Shown here one piece after another: positions 40,893-50,338 of a DNA stretch of 64,000 nucleotides. The position numbers and the translations under genes are program-made. Below the pieces are notes generated by a model. It was not told the origin of the DNA. It worked only from the letters and a program-made list of their open reading frames with translations, and did not search any database. The stretch is from an uncultured Coriobacteriaceae bacterium. Lineage in GTDB: Bacteria > Actinomycetota > Coriobacteriia > Coriobacteriales > Atopobiaceae. The stretch lies in contig CACXFC010000242.1 in NCBI GenBank assembly GCA_902766835.1, forward strand, positions 7,132 to 71,131, written 5' to 3'. Numbering within the stretch: the first letter of the stretch is position 1; every line of letters begins with the position of its first letter.

Positions 40893-41268
40893 CGGCACTG
40901 GAAGCGCGTGGGAGCGTGCCATAGGGAAGCCTTCCCATTGGCAGACATCGAATTTCGTCGGCTGAGGCCATATTTGGCAGGTGGGACATCCGTTTCACCC
41001 CGCATATCCGGCCTCATTTCGTCAGCTGAGGCCGGAACCGTCGGGTGAGACGAATGACTCACCCGGCAGACCCTGCCACGCCGTGAACCGGGTAGCCAGC
41101 CGTTCCAGTCAGAACACCTCGCTTGCTGCGTTATACTTGTCCACAGCTTGTGGGCTGGCAGCGGTTTGACGGGAGGCTGTTTGCCCAGGCAGAAAAAGCA
41201 CTGCTGTTCTCAGGGCCGCGTTCTCACATTGCGAGCGTGGCCTGAAACCGCTGCAAAAGGAGATGCCC

Positions 41269-42114
41269 ATGAAACGCTGCACAACCCTTGCCTTGTCACT
41301 TGCTGCTGCCGTCGCCCTTGTCGGCTGCGGCGGCTCCGCGCCTGCTTCCAGCACCCCCGCAACTGATGAAGCTCCAGCCGAGGAGACCACCTCTACCACA
41401 AGCGAAGAAACCACCGTAACCTGGCTCGACGCCGTCGACTGGTCCAAGTATCAGGTACAGGACAACCCCTTCGAGCTGGGCGAATCGAGGCTTACGGCCC
41501 CGTTCACCTTCGACAGCCTGTTTGCGGCTGCCACAGAGGTGGAGCTCAGCAGCGTGGACGACACCGGCGCTCACGTAGATGTGGATGCGTCACAGCTTGC
41601 GCAGAGCACCGCAAAGCCCAGTGACACCACCAACACCGAGCCGCGTCTGGGCAAAAGCAGCTTGGTCATTGATGGTGACACGTACGCCCTGGGTTACTAC
41701 GACCTTGCGAACGCGAAGACCTACCAGGAGCTGTATGCGGCCAACCAGTTCGAGCTCAGCAGCGAGAACGTTTATCGTTCCTATTGGCTGGTAGATGTGG
41801 AAGATCCCGAGGATGGCAGGGGAGAGGCCTACCTGTTTGAGGCCCTGCTCGACAAGTACGGCAGGCCGTCGTGGGTTATCACCATGGACAACTGGTCGAT
41901 TCCCGAAATCTATTGGGAGCGCGACGGCTACAAGTTTGGCCTGTACATCGAGGACCTTTCCGGTGTGTGGAACGAGATCAATTACAGCCCCAAGTGCTTC
42001 TACTACGTCACGGACGCCGCATGGGACGGCCTGGTGGAGTCGAAGCTCTCCGACACGAAGTACAAGCAATCCGTAATGACCTTCGACGAGTTCCTAGCAG
42101 CCAACGGCAAGTAG
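41269..42114 (+). CDS. lipoprotein, unknown function
   Basis: MKRCTTLALSLAAAVALVGCGG lipobox. The second ATG (41269) has better SD spacing than 41263. Confidence 0.6.
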   Translation: MKRCTTLALSLAAAVALVGCGGSAPASSTPATDEAPAEETTSTTSEETTVTWLDAVDWSKYQVQDNPFELGESRLTAPFTFDSLFAAATEVELSSVDDTGAHVDVDASQLAQSTAKPSDTTNTEPRLGKSSLVIDGDTYALGYYDLANAKTYQELYAANQFELSSENVYRSYWLVDVEDPEDGRGEAYLFEALLDKYGRPSWVITMDNWSIPEIYWERDGYKFGLYIEDLSGVWNEINYSPKCFYYVTDAAWDGLVESKLSDTKYKQSVMTFDEFLAANGK

Positions 42115-42239
42115 CGACGTCTGACAATCGTGCGCGTGTACTGGGGGTATGCCCCCAGTACACGCGCAGAGCTATTGAAGGAGCGATAGAGTTAGAAACG
42201 TTGTTCAACATCCCCGTGCCAAAGTTGAGGGTGGTGCCC

Positions 42240-42935
42240 ATGCAGTTCGACAAGACGTGTCTCCCTGAAGACGTGAAGGGGTATTTGAGGGAGATTTACA
42301 GCGATGATGGTCTGAGAGAGGCCTTCCGCTACTTCGATGTCGAGGTGATGGACGAGGAATGGGTAGCCAGGGAGTATGAGCAGGACAGAACCTGGCTGGA
42401 GTGCGCCATGGGTCCCAACCCTGAAGAGCATTGCAGCTACGGTGGCAACATCAAGGCGTTTGCCTTCGAGGCCGGTGGCGGGGTGTGGGTGGTCATAGAT
42501 GACAGTCTCGTCGGCTATATCGGATCCGAGGGCGAGTGCGGATTCGTGTCACGGAACATCCACGAGTTCATGAACATCGTTTCCGTCTGGGGCGGGTATC
42601 TGGACGATTACTGGCGTGAGGATGTGCTGGCAAGTGAGAAGGCATTCTACGGCGTCATGAACGATCCCGAAAGGCTAGGCGGATACATGCCGGAGCTCGA
42701 GAGCCACAGAGAGGCGCTGCGAGGCTTCATCGAAAGGCACGACTTCACCAGAGAGATCTACGAGATAGCCCTGGAGGGCATGACGGTGACCCCCTTCTTG
42801 GTCTTCGAGGCTACGGCCGATGGTGAGTACGGGCCTTCGTACTCTGTGCTGCGTGGTCCCGACGGATCCGCCGAATTCATCGGCAACGGGCAGGAAGTAT
42901 TACAGCGACTGATACGGCGTGTGACGACACGGTAG
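42240..42935 (+). CDS. SMI1/KNR4 (SUKH)-like protein, possible immunity protein
   Basis: ATG at 42240 follows GAGGGTGG. FAFEAGGGVWVVIDDS resembles the FA.dGGGn..clD core of SUKH-1 domains. Weak, called from memory. Confidence 0.45.
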   Translation: MQFDKTCLPEDVKGYLREIYSDDGLREAFRYFDVEVMDEEWVAREYEQDRTWLECAMGPNPEEHCSYGGNIKAFAFEAGGGVWVVIDDSLVGYIGSEGECGFVSRNIHEFMNIVSVWGGYLDDYWREDVLASEKAFYGVMNDPERLGGYMPELESHREALRGFIERHDFTREIYEIALEGMTVTPFLVFEATADGEYGPSYSVLRGPDGSAEFIGNGQEVLQRLIRRVTTR

Positions 42936-42955
42936 CGTGCGCTGGCGAGACCGTA

Positions 42956-43046
42956 CATTTCAAAGGGACGACACCCTTTTGAAATGGGAATATGTGTCGA
43001 CCTCGTAATTATCCACGATTTCAAAAGGGTATCGCCCTTTTGAAAT
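42956..43046. repeat. twin hairpins CATTTCAAAAGGG/CCCTTTTGAAATG
   Basis: Hairpins at 42956-42986 and 43018-43046. A partial third copy at 43049-43065. Confidence 0.7.
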
Positions 43047-43078
43047 GGTCCCTTTGAAATGAAATCTTTAGATGGGGG

Positions 43079-43495
43079 ATGAACATGCCGAACATCATTG
43101 GATACGAGAACGCACTTCGCACGACGGGAACCATCGTTGCGTTCCACGAGGGATCGGTGGGCCACAACGAGGTGGGGGAGAATGTCCTGTCCTCCGCCCG
43201 GCCTAGGATTGAGGTCGAATTCACCGACTTCGAGGGCTCTCTCGCGGTTGGCTATGCCGGCCAGACAAAGGAGCACAGCCCGGCAACGATGAGGGTTTCT
43301 CAGGAGGTGGAGATAGAGTACTGGGACGTCTCCGAGGACAAGAAGGCAGCCATGGGCGCCGCTACGTCGGTGGTGACTGCCATGATGGGCGGCATGCTGA
43401 AGCTCTTCGGCCAGCGCAACGTCTCTGAGCGTTTCGTCGAGCTCGCAACAGAAGGCAACGGCAGAAGGCACTACCAGGTTCGCATAGTCGGCTAG
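43079..43495 (+). CDS. hypothetical protein
   Basis: 138-aa ORF (alternative ATG at 43085). No recognisable motif. Confidence 0.45.
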   Translation: MNMPNIIGYENALRTTGTIVAFHEGSVGHNEVGENVLSSARPRIEVEFTDFEGSLAVGYAGQTKEHSPATMRVSQEVEIEYWDVSEDKKAAMGAATSVVTAMMGGMLKLFGQRNVSERFVELATEGNGRRHYQVRIVG

Positions 43496-43508
43496 GGCGC
43501 ACGCGGAC

Positions 43509-43636
43509 GACATGTGGGGCAATTAAGGGACACGCCCTTTTTTGCCTGGGGAGACACCCAAGGCAAAAAAGGCGTGTCCCTTAATTGCCCCACATGTCGT
43601 TCGGATGGCAAAAAAGGCGTGTCCCTTAATTGCCCA
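43509..43636. repeat. GGGACACGCCC-family element with duplicated right arm
   Basis: GACATGTGGGGCAATTAAGGGACACGCCCTTTTTTGCC (43509-43546) pairs with GGCAAAAAAGGCGTGTCCCTTAATTGCCCCACATGTC (43562-43598). A second right-arm copy lies at 43608-43636. Confidence 0.8.
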
Positions 43637-43845
43637 GGTGGGACAGATGCCTCCGGCATAACTGTCCCAAAACACGGCCCAATCGGACCCCAAACGGCCG
43701 ATATGAGTCAAAGACGGCCGTCCTGTGCGGACCCCTTCTCAACGCATCCGCAGAATCCGGCTGGGAGTATACTGGCGGGTGCAGTGCACGCTGACGCAAT
43801 CCTGAGAATATCAGTGACGCAATCCAGAGTCGATCGGGAGAGACC

Positions 43846-44871
43846 ATGAGGGCGGGCGACATCGTCGGCTGGACCGACTACACCGAACACGGCTCAACTG
43901 TACGCTGGAAGATCGATGGCGAGGGCGCGCTCGTCGTCGAGTCGCTCTCCGGCACAGTGGGCGTGCTGGATTACTCGGGCTACCCGCCGTGCTACCCGCC
44001 CTACTACCCGCCATGGTACTCAAGCGCCAGCTCCGTTGCTTCGTTTAGGGTCTCGGATGGCTGCACCATTGAGTGCCGGAATTCGCTCGGCCTAATGTTT
44101 GACAGCTGCTGCTCACTCGCGTCTCTCGACCTCACGGGCCTCGACACCTCGGCGGTGACCAACATGTGCTGCACTTTCTGCGATTGTCACTCGCTCGCGT
44201 CGCTCGACCTCACGGGCCTCGACACCTCGGCGGTGACCAACATGTGCGGCACTTTCTGCAACTGCTCAGCCCTCACGTCTCTCGACCTCTCCGGCATCGA
44301 CACTTCGGCGGTTGCGGACATGAGCGACATGTTCGCCGGCTGCATGTCTCTCGCCTCGCTCGACCTCTCCGGCATCGACACCTCGGCGGTGACCGACATG
44401 AGCCAGATGTTCGAAGACTGCCCGGCACTCGTCTCGCTCGACCTCTCGTCGTTCGACACGGGCGCCGTGACCGAAATGTTCCAGATGTTCGAAGACTGCC
44501 CGGCACTTCTCTCGCTCGACCTCTCGTCCTTCGACACGTCACGGGTGGGGGAAATGTCCTACATGTTCTCTGGTTGCACCTCCCTTGTGGCGCTCGACCT
44601 CTCGTCCTTCGACACCTCGGCGGTGACGAACATGGGCGGCATGTTCTCCGGCGACCAATCGCTGCGCGAGGTGAGGCTGGGCGGTGCGTTCGGCTTCGTG
44701 GCAGGGGAGACCTCCACGATGCTGCCCGATCCGCGGGGCGACGGCTATACGGGCAGGTGGGTGCGCGTGTCTCCCGACGGCTCGTACGTGGAGCCGGCGT
44801 ACGCCCCCGAAGAGCTTCGGGACAACTGGGCCCCCGAGCTTGCCGGCACGTGGGTGTGGGAGCGTCAATGA
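43846..44871 (+). CDS. BspA-type leucine-rich repeat protein
   Basis: Repeated units ..C.SLASLDLSGIDTSAVT.M..MF... About eight units of ~26 aa. No obvious signal peptide. The N-terminal region is Pro/Tyr rich (YPPCYPPYYPPWY). Confidence 0.75.
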   Translation: MRAGDIVGWTDYTEHGSTVRWKIDGEGALVVESLSGTVGVLDYSGYPPCYPPYYPPWYSSASSVASFRVSDGCTIECRNSLGLMFDSCCSLASLDLTGLDTSAVTNMCCTFCDCHSLASLDLTGLDTSAVTNMCGTFCNCSALTSLDLSGIDTSAVADMSDMFAGCMSLASLDLSGIDTSAVTDMSQMFEDCPALVSLDLSSFDTGAVTEMFQMFEDCPALLSLDLSSFDTSRVGEMSYMFSGCTSLVALDLSSFDTSAVTNMGGMFSGDQSLREVRLGGAFGFVAGETSTMLPDPRGDGYTGRWVRVSPDGSYVEPAYAPEELRDNWAPELAGTWVWERQ

Positions 44872-44875
44872 GCGC

Positions 44876-45008
44876 TTAAGGGAAACTAAGGCCGTGTCCC
44901 CCTGCCCCAAAAGTGAGTCGGGGCAACTAAGGGACACGCCCTTTTTTGCCCCCTAAGTTGGTATGCCTCCAGCACACCCTGAAAATTAGGAGACACGCCC
45001 TAATTCCC
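44876..45008. repeat. cluster of half and degenerate GGGACACGCCC-family copies
   Basis: Half element GGGGCAACTAAGGGACACGCCCTTTTTTGCCCC at 44920-44952. Degenerate pieces at 44876-44908 and AATTAGGAGACACGCCCTAATT at 44984-45005. Confidence 0.65.
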
Positions 45009-45034
45009 AGGGCAAGCTGCGCTATGAAGCGCCT

Positions 45035-45913
45035 CTAGCGACCGGCGTCTTCCTGCCTGTTCTCCCAGTGATCGAGTTTGGTGTAGTTGCGGTTCGATTC
45101 CATGCTGTGCTGCCAGTTGCGCGAGAAGATCTCGCCGTAGATGCAGTTGAGGGCATAGCGTATGCAGGCCTGGCTGTAGAACGTCGCAACGCGCCCACTG
45201 CGGGTCTCGCGCTTGGGCAGGGCGATCGTGCACTCAATGCCCGGGACGTAGCTCTCAGACTTTTCGTACGAGGTGATGGCAATGACCTTGCAGCCTCTGC
45301 TGCGCAAGTTCTTGAGTGGCTCCTCAAGTTGCGAGAACAACAGACCAGAGTGTGTGACAAGCACCGCTACGTCGCGCGCAGAGAGGATGTTGCTCACCAC
45401 GAGGTTGTCGCCATTGCGCATCCCCTCGAGGCAGGGGATGTCGACTTTGGTGAGCAGGTTCATGAACCCATTGACCGAGACGGCGCTGTCACCGACGGCA
45501 TAGATCGCCACGCGACGTGCCTCGCAAATGAGCCGCGCAGCCAGACTGACCGATTCAGGCGTTATGGTTTGGTGAGCTTCCTCCAAGGCATTGCGGGAGA
45601 GGTTGAGGATAGAATCCATGGTCTCCTGCGTGGTGGCATTCTCCATGAAGGGAAGATCGGGGTTGACGTCAAACACGTGCAGGCGAGCACGCTCGCGCTC
45701 GCGGGTGAGCTCGAGGCGGGAGGCGCGGTAGCCCTCAAGTCCAAGCTTGTGGCAGAAGCGCGTCACGGCAGCGTTGGATGTGTGGGTTGCCTTTGCCAGC
45801 TCTCCGATGTTGAGCTCTGCGACCTCGTCAGGGTGCTCCATCACATACTGCGCGATTGCCTGGTCGGTATCGGTGAAGCCATCGGTGGTTCTTAGGAGGT
45901 CAAAGAGTGCCAT
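45035..45913 (-). CDS. MurR/RpiR-family transcriptional regulator
   Basis: An HTH (IGELAKATHTSNAAVTRFCHKLG) plus a SIS domain. Confidence 0.85.
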   Translation of the reverse strand: MALFDLLRTTDGFTDTDQAIAQYVMEHPDEVAELNIGELAKATHTSNAAVTRFCHKLGLEGYRASRLELTRERERARLHVFDVNPDLPFMENATTQETMDSILNLSRNALEEAHQTITPESVSLAARLICEARRVAIYAVGDSAVSVNGFMNLLTKVDIPCLEGMRNGDNLVVSNILSARDVAVLVTHSGLLFSQLEEPLKNLRSRGCKVIAITSYEKSESYVPGIECTIALPKRETRSGRVATFYSQACIRYALNCIYGEIFSRNWQHSMESNRNYTKLDHWENRQEDAGR

Positions 45914-46033
45914 GGCAACCTCTTTCAGCTGGCGTTGAAATTGATTTCCAACATTAATACTAGTTGCTCATTGAGGGTATTGCCTGTTGTAGGATTACCT
46001 TAATCGATTAAGCTCGTGAGAGGGGAGTGTGTC

Positions 46034-47485
46034 ATGGCGTTTCCGGAAGGTTTTCTCTGGGGTGGTTCTATCAGTGCGGCCCAGGTTGAGGGTGGCTGGA
46101 ACGAGGGCGGCAAGAGCCCTGTGCAGATAGACTATGCCGGCCCCGATGCGGGCATTGGCCTGCGCTCCATCTACTACCGCGCGGCCGATGGCAGCCGTGG
46201 CGTAATGCAGCAGTTCGACCGCCTTCCCGAAGGCGCCACCTACGAGCTCTTCGACGACATCGACTACACCAACCATGAGGCGAGCGACTTCTACCACCAT
46301 TGGCGCGAGGACCTCGACCTCTTCGCTGAGATGGGCTTTACCACTTTCAACACCACGGTCAGCTGGGCGCGCATCTACCCGCAGGGCGTGGCAGGCGGTG
46401 TCAATGCCGAGGGAGTGGAGTTCTATCGCCAGGTGTTTGCCTATGCCCGCGAGCTGGGTATGGACCCGGTCATCACGCTCTACAAGTATGACGAGCCTAC
46501 CTACTTTGAACTTACCTATGGCGACTGGACCAACCGCGCCATGATCGACGAGTTCGTTACCTTCGCCACCACCTGCTTCCGCGAGTACCAGGGCCTCGTG
46601 AACAAGTGGCTCACCTTCAACGAGATCAACGTGCTCACGCACTTCCGCGACATTCCCGAGAACTACGTCAAGATTCACAACCAGATGGTGGCCTCGGCGC
46701 GCTCGGTGCTGGCGGCGCACGAGATCGATTCTTCCATTAAGGTGGGCTGCATGATCGCGGGCATGTGCATCTACCCGCTTACCTGCGATCCCGAAGACGT
46801 GTTTGCGGCATACAAGGCGTTCCAGGACGGCTTTGCCTATTGTGCCGACACCATGGTGCGCGGCGTCTATCCGGACTTTGCCGCTCGCCTGTGGGCCGAG
46901 AAAGGCGTGGACACCTCAACCTTTGCGCAGGATGCTGACGTGCTTGCTGCGGGCACAAGCGACTTCCTCGCATTCTCGTATTACAGCTCCAGCGTGGTGA
47001 CCACCCACGACGTGGAAGCCAACCTTGCGGGTAACCTGGTCTCCAGCGTGAAGAACCCCTACATCGAGGCCTCCGAGTGGGGCTGGCAGATTGACCCCAA
47101 GGGGTACCGCTACTTCGTGAACGTGCTCAACGACCGCTACGACGTGCCGCTCTTTGACGTCGAGAACGGCTTGGGCGCCATCGACGAGCTAGTGGTGGAG
47201 GATGGCGAAGAGCGTGTACACGACCCGTACCGCATCGATTACCTGCGTCGCCACATCCAGAACCTGAGGGCTGCCGTGGAAGAGGACGGCGTGCGCCTGT
47301 TTGGGTATACGACCTGGGGCCCCATCGATTTGGTGGCCTTCACCACCGGTCAGATGAAGAAGCGCTACGGCTTCATCTATGTTGACCGCAACGACGATGG
47401 CACGGGTGACCTGCACCGCGTGCGCAAGGACTCCTTCTTCTGGTATAAGAAGGTGTTGGCCAGCAACGGAGCCGAGCTCGACTAG
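46034..47485 (+). CDS. GH1 6-phospho-beta-glucosidase
   Basis: ATG at 46034. FPEGFLWGGSISAAQVEGG, LTFNEI, ENGLG. Confidence 0.9.
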   Translation: MAFPEGFLWGGSISAAQVEGGWNEGGKSPVQIDYAGPDAGIGLRSIYYRAADGSRGVMQQFDRLPEGATYELFDDIDYTNHEASDFYHHWREDLDLFAEMGFTTFNTTVSWARIYPQGVAGGVNAEGVEFYRQVFAYARELGMDPVITLYKYDEPTYFELTYGDWTNRAMIDEFVTFATTCFREYQGLVNKWLTFNEINVLTHFRDIPENYVKIHNQMVASARSVLAAHEIDSSIKVGCMIAGMCIYPLTCDPEDVFAAYKAFQDGFAYCADTMVRGVYPDFAARLWAEKGVDTSTFAQDADVLAAGTSDFLAFSYYSSSVVTTHDVEANLAGNLVSSVKNPYIEASEWGWQIDPKGYRYFVNVLNDRYDVPLFDVENGLGAIDELVVEDGEERVHDPYRIDYLRRHIQNLRAAVEEDGVRLFGYTTWGPIDLVAFTTGQMKKRYGFIYVDRNDDGTGDLHRVRKDSFFWYKKVLASNGAELD

Positions 47486-47506
47486 GACGGTCACGGTACG
47501 CGCGTT

Positions 47507-47552
47507 GGGGCGCACCCCTTTCCTCACGCATGTGAGGAAAGGGGTGCGCCCC
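47507..47552. terminator. 46-bp palindrome between convergent genes
   Basis: GGGGCGCACCCCTTTCCTCAC-gcat-GTGAGGAAAGGGGTGCGCCCC, a 21-bp perfect stem. Confidence 0.7.
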
Positions 47553-47580
47553 ATGCGTATGTCCCTAGTCTTGTTCCGAC

Positions 47581-48288
47581 TTACTGCTTGGCAACCAGCT
47601 TTGCGGCGCTGGTGCAGCCAACGCCCGCACGGTCCATGCCCATGTCGATGAGCTCGAAGAAGTGCTCCTGCGTGCGGATGCCGCCCGAGCCCTTCACCTT
47701 GATGCGTCCCTCTGCTGCCTCAATCATCGTGCGCACGACCTCCACCGTTGCCCCGTGCTGCGGGCCACCGGTGTAGAAGCCCGTGGAGCTCTTGATGAAG
47801 TCGGCGCCGGCGTTGGCTGCGCAGCGGGTGCCGTCGGCTACCTGCTCGAGGGTGAGGGCATCGCTCTCGATGATGACCTTCACGGCAACGCCGTGCGCAT
47901 GGCACGCCTCGACCACGCCACGGATGTCCTCGGTCACATACGCAAGGTCACCGTCGACGAGCTTGCCGAAGTTGGCCACCATGTCGAGCTCCAGCAGCGG
48001 AAACTCCTCAGCGTAGATCTTTGCCTGGGCGGCCTTTGCCTTGGGCGTCGACTGGCCGAAGGGGAAGTCGCATACGCAGCACAGGTCCGTCTCGGTCCCC
48101 TCTACAAGGGGAGCCACCAGGGGCAGGGCGGCGGGGTTTACGCACACGGTCCTGCAACCAAGTTCAACGGCCTCGGCTACGTACGAGCGAATCTGCTGCT
48201 CGGAGAACTCCGGCTTGAGGATGGCATAGTCGATGTAGGCTGCCAGCTCTCGGCTGGTCATGGCGGCAGCGGGCTTGCTTGGTGTCAC
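47581..48288 (-). CDS. deoC: deoxyribose-phosphate aldolase
   Basis: GTG at 48288 follows AAGGAG. YIDYAILKPE, CVNPA, FIKSSTGF (Schiff-base Lys), KVKGSGGIRT. Confidence 0.85.
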   Translation of the reverse strand: MTPSKPAAAMTSRELAAYIDYAILKPEFSEQQIRSYVAEAVELGCRTVCVNPAALPLVAPLVEGTETDLCCVCDFPFGQSTPKAKAAQAKIYAEEFPLLELDMVANFGKLVDGDLAYVTEDIRGVVEACHAHGVAVKVIIESDALTLEQVADGTRCAANAGADFIKSSTGFYTGGPQHGATVEVVRTMIEAAEGRIKVKGSGGIRTQEHFFELIDMGMDRAGVGCTSAAKLVAKQ

Positions 48289-48450
48289 GATGGACTCCTT
48301 CGGACGAGTTGAATGGTTGCCAAGAAGTATAGTGCGAGTGGTGGCAACTGGCGAAGAGGTCGGAGCTCAACCTCGTAGGCGCGAGGCCTATGGTTGAGGC
48401 CAGCTCAAAAATGGCTTTCAACTTGCGTGGCCCTTGTTTGCCCCTAAGAT

Positions 48451-49497
48451 CTAGTGCATGCCTGCTGTGGCCTCTTCCAGGATGCGCAGCTGGGCGATGG
48501 TCTCCTCGGGCTTAACCAGCTGCGGGGCGCCGTTGACCAGCGTCTCGTAGAGCGCCTCGTAGAAGCCACTGTAGGTGCTGCGCACCGTCTCCACGCGCTC
48601 CTCGTGCATGACGCCGTCCTCGTCGTAGTAGCGCAACGTGCCCCACTGCTCGGGCGTGTCCAGGCCAAAGTCGGGATGGCCTGCGGGCAGATAGAACTTC
48701 TTGAGGTCGCGCTCCTGCTGGTCCTTCTCCACCTTGATGAAGGTGCCGCGCTCGCCGTAGACCTCAAAGCTGGGGCGCAGGATGGCCGCGTGGTAGTTGG
48801 AGGCTGCGGTGGCCTTGATGCCCAGCTCGTCGTAATACAGGTCGAAGTCGTAGTAGGTCTCGGGATGGCCCTCGCCATAGAGCTGCTTGGCCTCGGCGCG
48901 CCAGTGGTCGGGGATGCCCAGCCAGCTGATGAGCTGGTCGACGCTGTGGCAGGCATGGCCGTAGCAGATGCCCATCAGGCGATCGTAGGTGCCCTCCTTG
49001 GCATAGCGCAGGTACTCCTCGCGCCAGTAGTCGTAGTGCGTCACAATCTCGAAGACGCGGCCCAGCTTGCCGGAGGCCATGACCTTCTGGGCGGTGAGGA
49101 AGTCGGAGTCGAAGCGGCGGTTCTGGTAGCACTGGACGGTCACGCCCTTGGCCTCGGCGAGGGCGTAGAGTTCCTCGGCCTCGGCCACCGTGCCCACGAA
49201 GGCCTTGTCGCACACCACGTGCTTGCCTGCCTCGAGCGCCTGCTTGGTGAGGGCGTAATGGGTGTTATGCGGGGTGGAGATCTCCACGATGTCAATCTCG
49301 GGGTCGCTCAACATGGCCTCGAGGTCGGTGGTGTACTCCACGCCGGGCAGGGCGGGCCATGCCGTGTGGTTGATGTGGCGGGCATAGATGGTCTTCACGC
49401 GGAACTTGTCGGGCAGGGCCTGGCTGAAGGGGATGTGGTAACGGTTGGAGCCCTTGCCGTTGCCGATGAAGCCGATGTTCAAGATGCGGTCTGCCAT
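48451..49497 (-). CDS. Gfo/Idh/MocA-family oxidoreductase
   Basis: ATG at 49497 follows AAGGAG. NIGFIGNGKGSNRYHIPF and CDKAF motif. Confidence 0.8.
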   Translation of the reverse strand: MADRILNIGFIGNGKGSNRYHIPFSQALPDKFRVKTIYARHINHTAWPALPGVEYTTDLEAMLSDPEIDIVEISTPHNTHYALTKQALEAGKHVVCDKAFVGTVAEAEELYALAEAKGVTVQCYQNRRFDSDFLTAQKVMASGKLGRVFEIVTHYDYWREEYLRYAKEGTYDRLMGICYGHACHSVDQLISWLGIPDHWRAEAKQLYGEGHPETYYDFDLYYDELGIKATAASNYHAAILRPSFEVYGERGTFIKVEKDQQERDLKKFYLPAGHPDFGLDTPEQWGTLRYYDEDGVMHEERVETVRSTYSGFYEALYETLVNGAPQLVKPEETIAQLRILEEATAGMH

Positions 49498-49522
49498 AGT
49501 GTTTCTCCTTGTCCTGTAAGGG

Positions 49523-50206
49523 TTAGTCGACCAATTCGGGATCGAGTGCCGCGTTGGACAGGTTGCCAAAACTGTCGATGGCCGTCACTTTGGCACCCAT
49601 GACGGCGGCTCCCTCGTCCTCGGTCTGGCTCTCGTCCACGTGCGTATCGAAGGTCATGTCGTATGCGAAATATCCCTTGCCCATGTTGGCGCCGGTCTGC
49701 TCGCCACCGTAGAGGGAGTAGCTTTCGAAGACGAATCCGTCGTCTACCAGCTCCTGCCCGGTCTTGCCCACAAGGGCATCGAGCTCTTCTTGGCTCAGCT
49801 GGTCACCTGAGATATCCTCGGCGCTTACCAGCTTGAGGCCGCTCACGACCTCCGCGAACTTCTGGGCGTAGTCTTCCGCACCCATGTCGAGGTCGGCAAA
49901 CTTGCCCTCCAGGGCCATGTCCATCTTGGCCACTGCACGGACGCGGGCCCCATTGGCTGCAAACACGCACACGAAGTACTTGTCGTTGTAGCTGTAGCTG
50001 ATGTCCTGGCTCTCTATGCCTGCGAGTGCGTCGCCCAGCGTCGTCCATGTGGACGTGTCGACCTTGGCAGGTTGGCTGGCGGCGGCAGATGAGCTGGCGG
50101 CGGATGTATCCGCCTGCGACGAGCTGCCTCCACAGGCGGCAAGGGGCGCGGTGGCAAGGGCCATGGAAAGCGCGAGCGCGGCGATGCGAAGGGTAGGACT
50201 CCTCAT
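49523..50206 (-). CDS. lipoprotein, unknown function
   Basis: ATG at 50206 follows GAAGGAG. MRSPTLRIAALALSMALATAPLAACGG lipobox. Confidence 0.6.
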   Translation of the reverse strand: MRSPTLRIAALALSMALATAPLAACGGSSSQADTSAASSSAAASQPAKVDTSTWTTLGDALAGIESQDISYSYNDKYFVCVFAANGARVRAVAKMDMALEGKFADLDMGAEDYAQKFAEVVSGLKLVSAEDISGDQLSQEELDALVGKTGQELVDDGFVFESYSLYGGEQTGANMGKGYFAYDMTFDTHVDESQTEDEGAAVMGAKVTAIDSFGNLSNAALDPELVD

Positions 50207-50273
50207 GAATGGCTCCTTCTCAACAGGGGCTTTGGGCAAACTCTAGTGTACGGCGTCGGTACGCTGGGTGACG

Positions 50274-50305
50274 GGGGCAATTAGGGGATACGCCCGGTTT
50301 GCCCC
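50274..50305. repeat. half element of the GGGACACGCCC family (degenerate)
   Basis: GGGGCAATTAGGGGATACGCCCGGTTTGCCCC, with stem GGGGCAA/TTGCCCC. Confidence 0.55.
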
Positions 50306-50338
50306 ACCTGGTGACATGCCGCCCAGCGCCTTGTCGCC

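Noticed and set aside
40981-41169. 62-aa ORF in the spacer before the lipoprotein gene
   Set aside because: It has no SD, a Pro/Arg/Ser-rich composition, and overlaps repeat and hairpin sequences. It is more likely non-coding.
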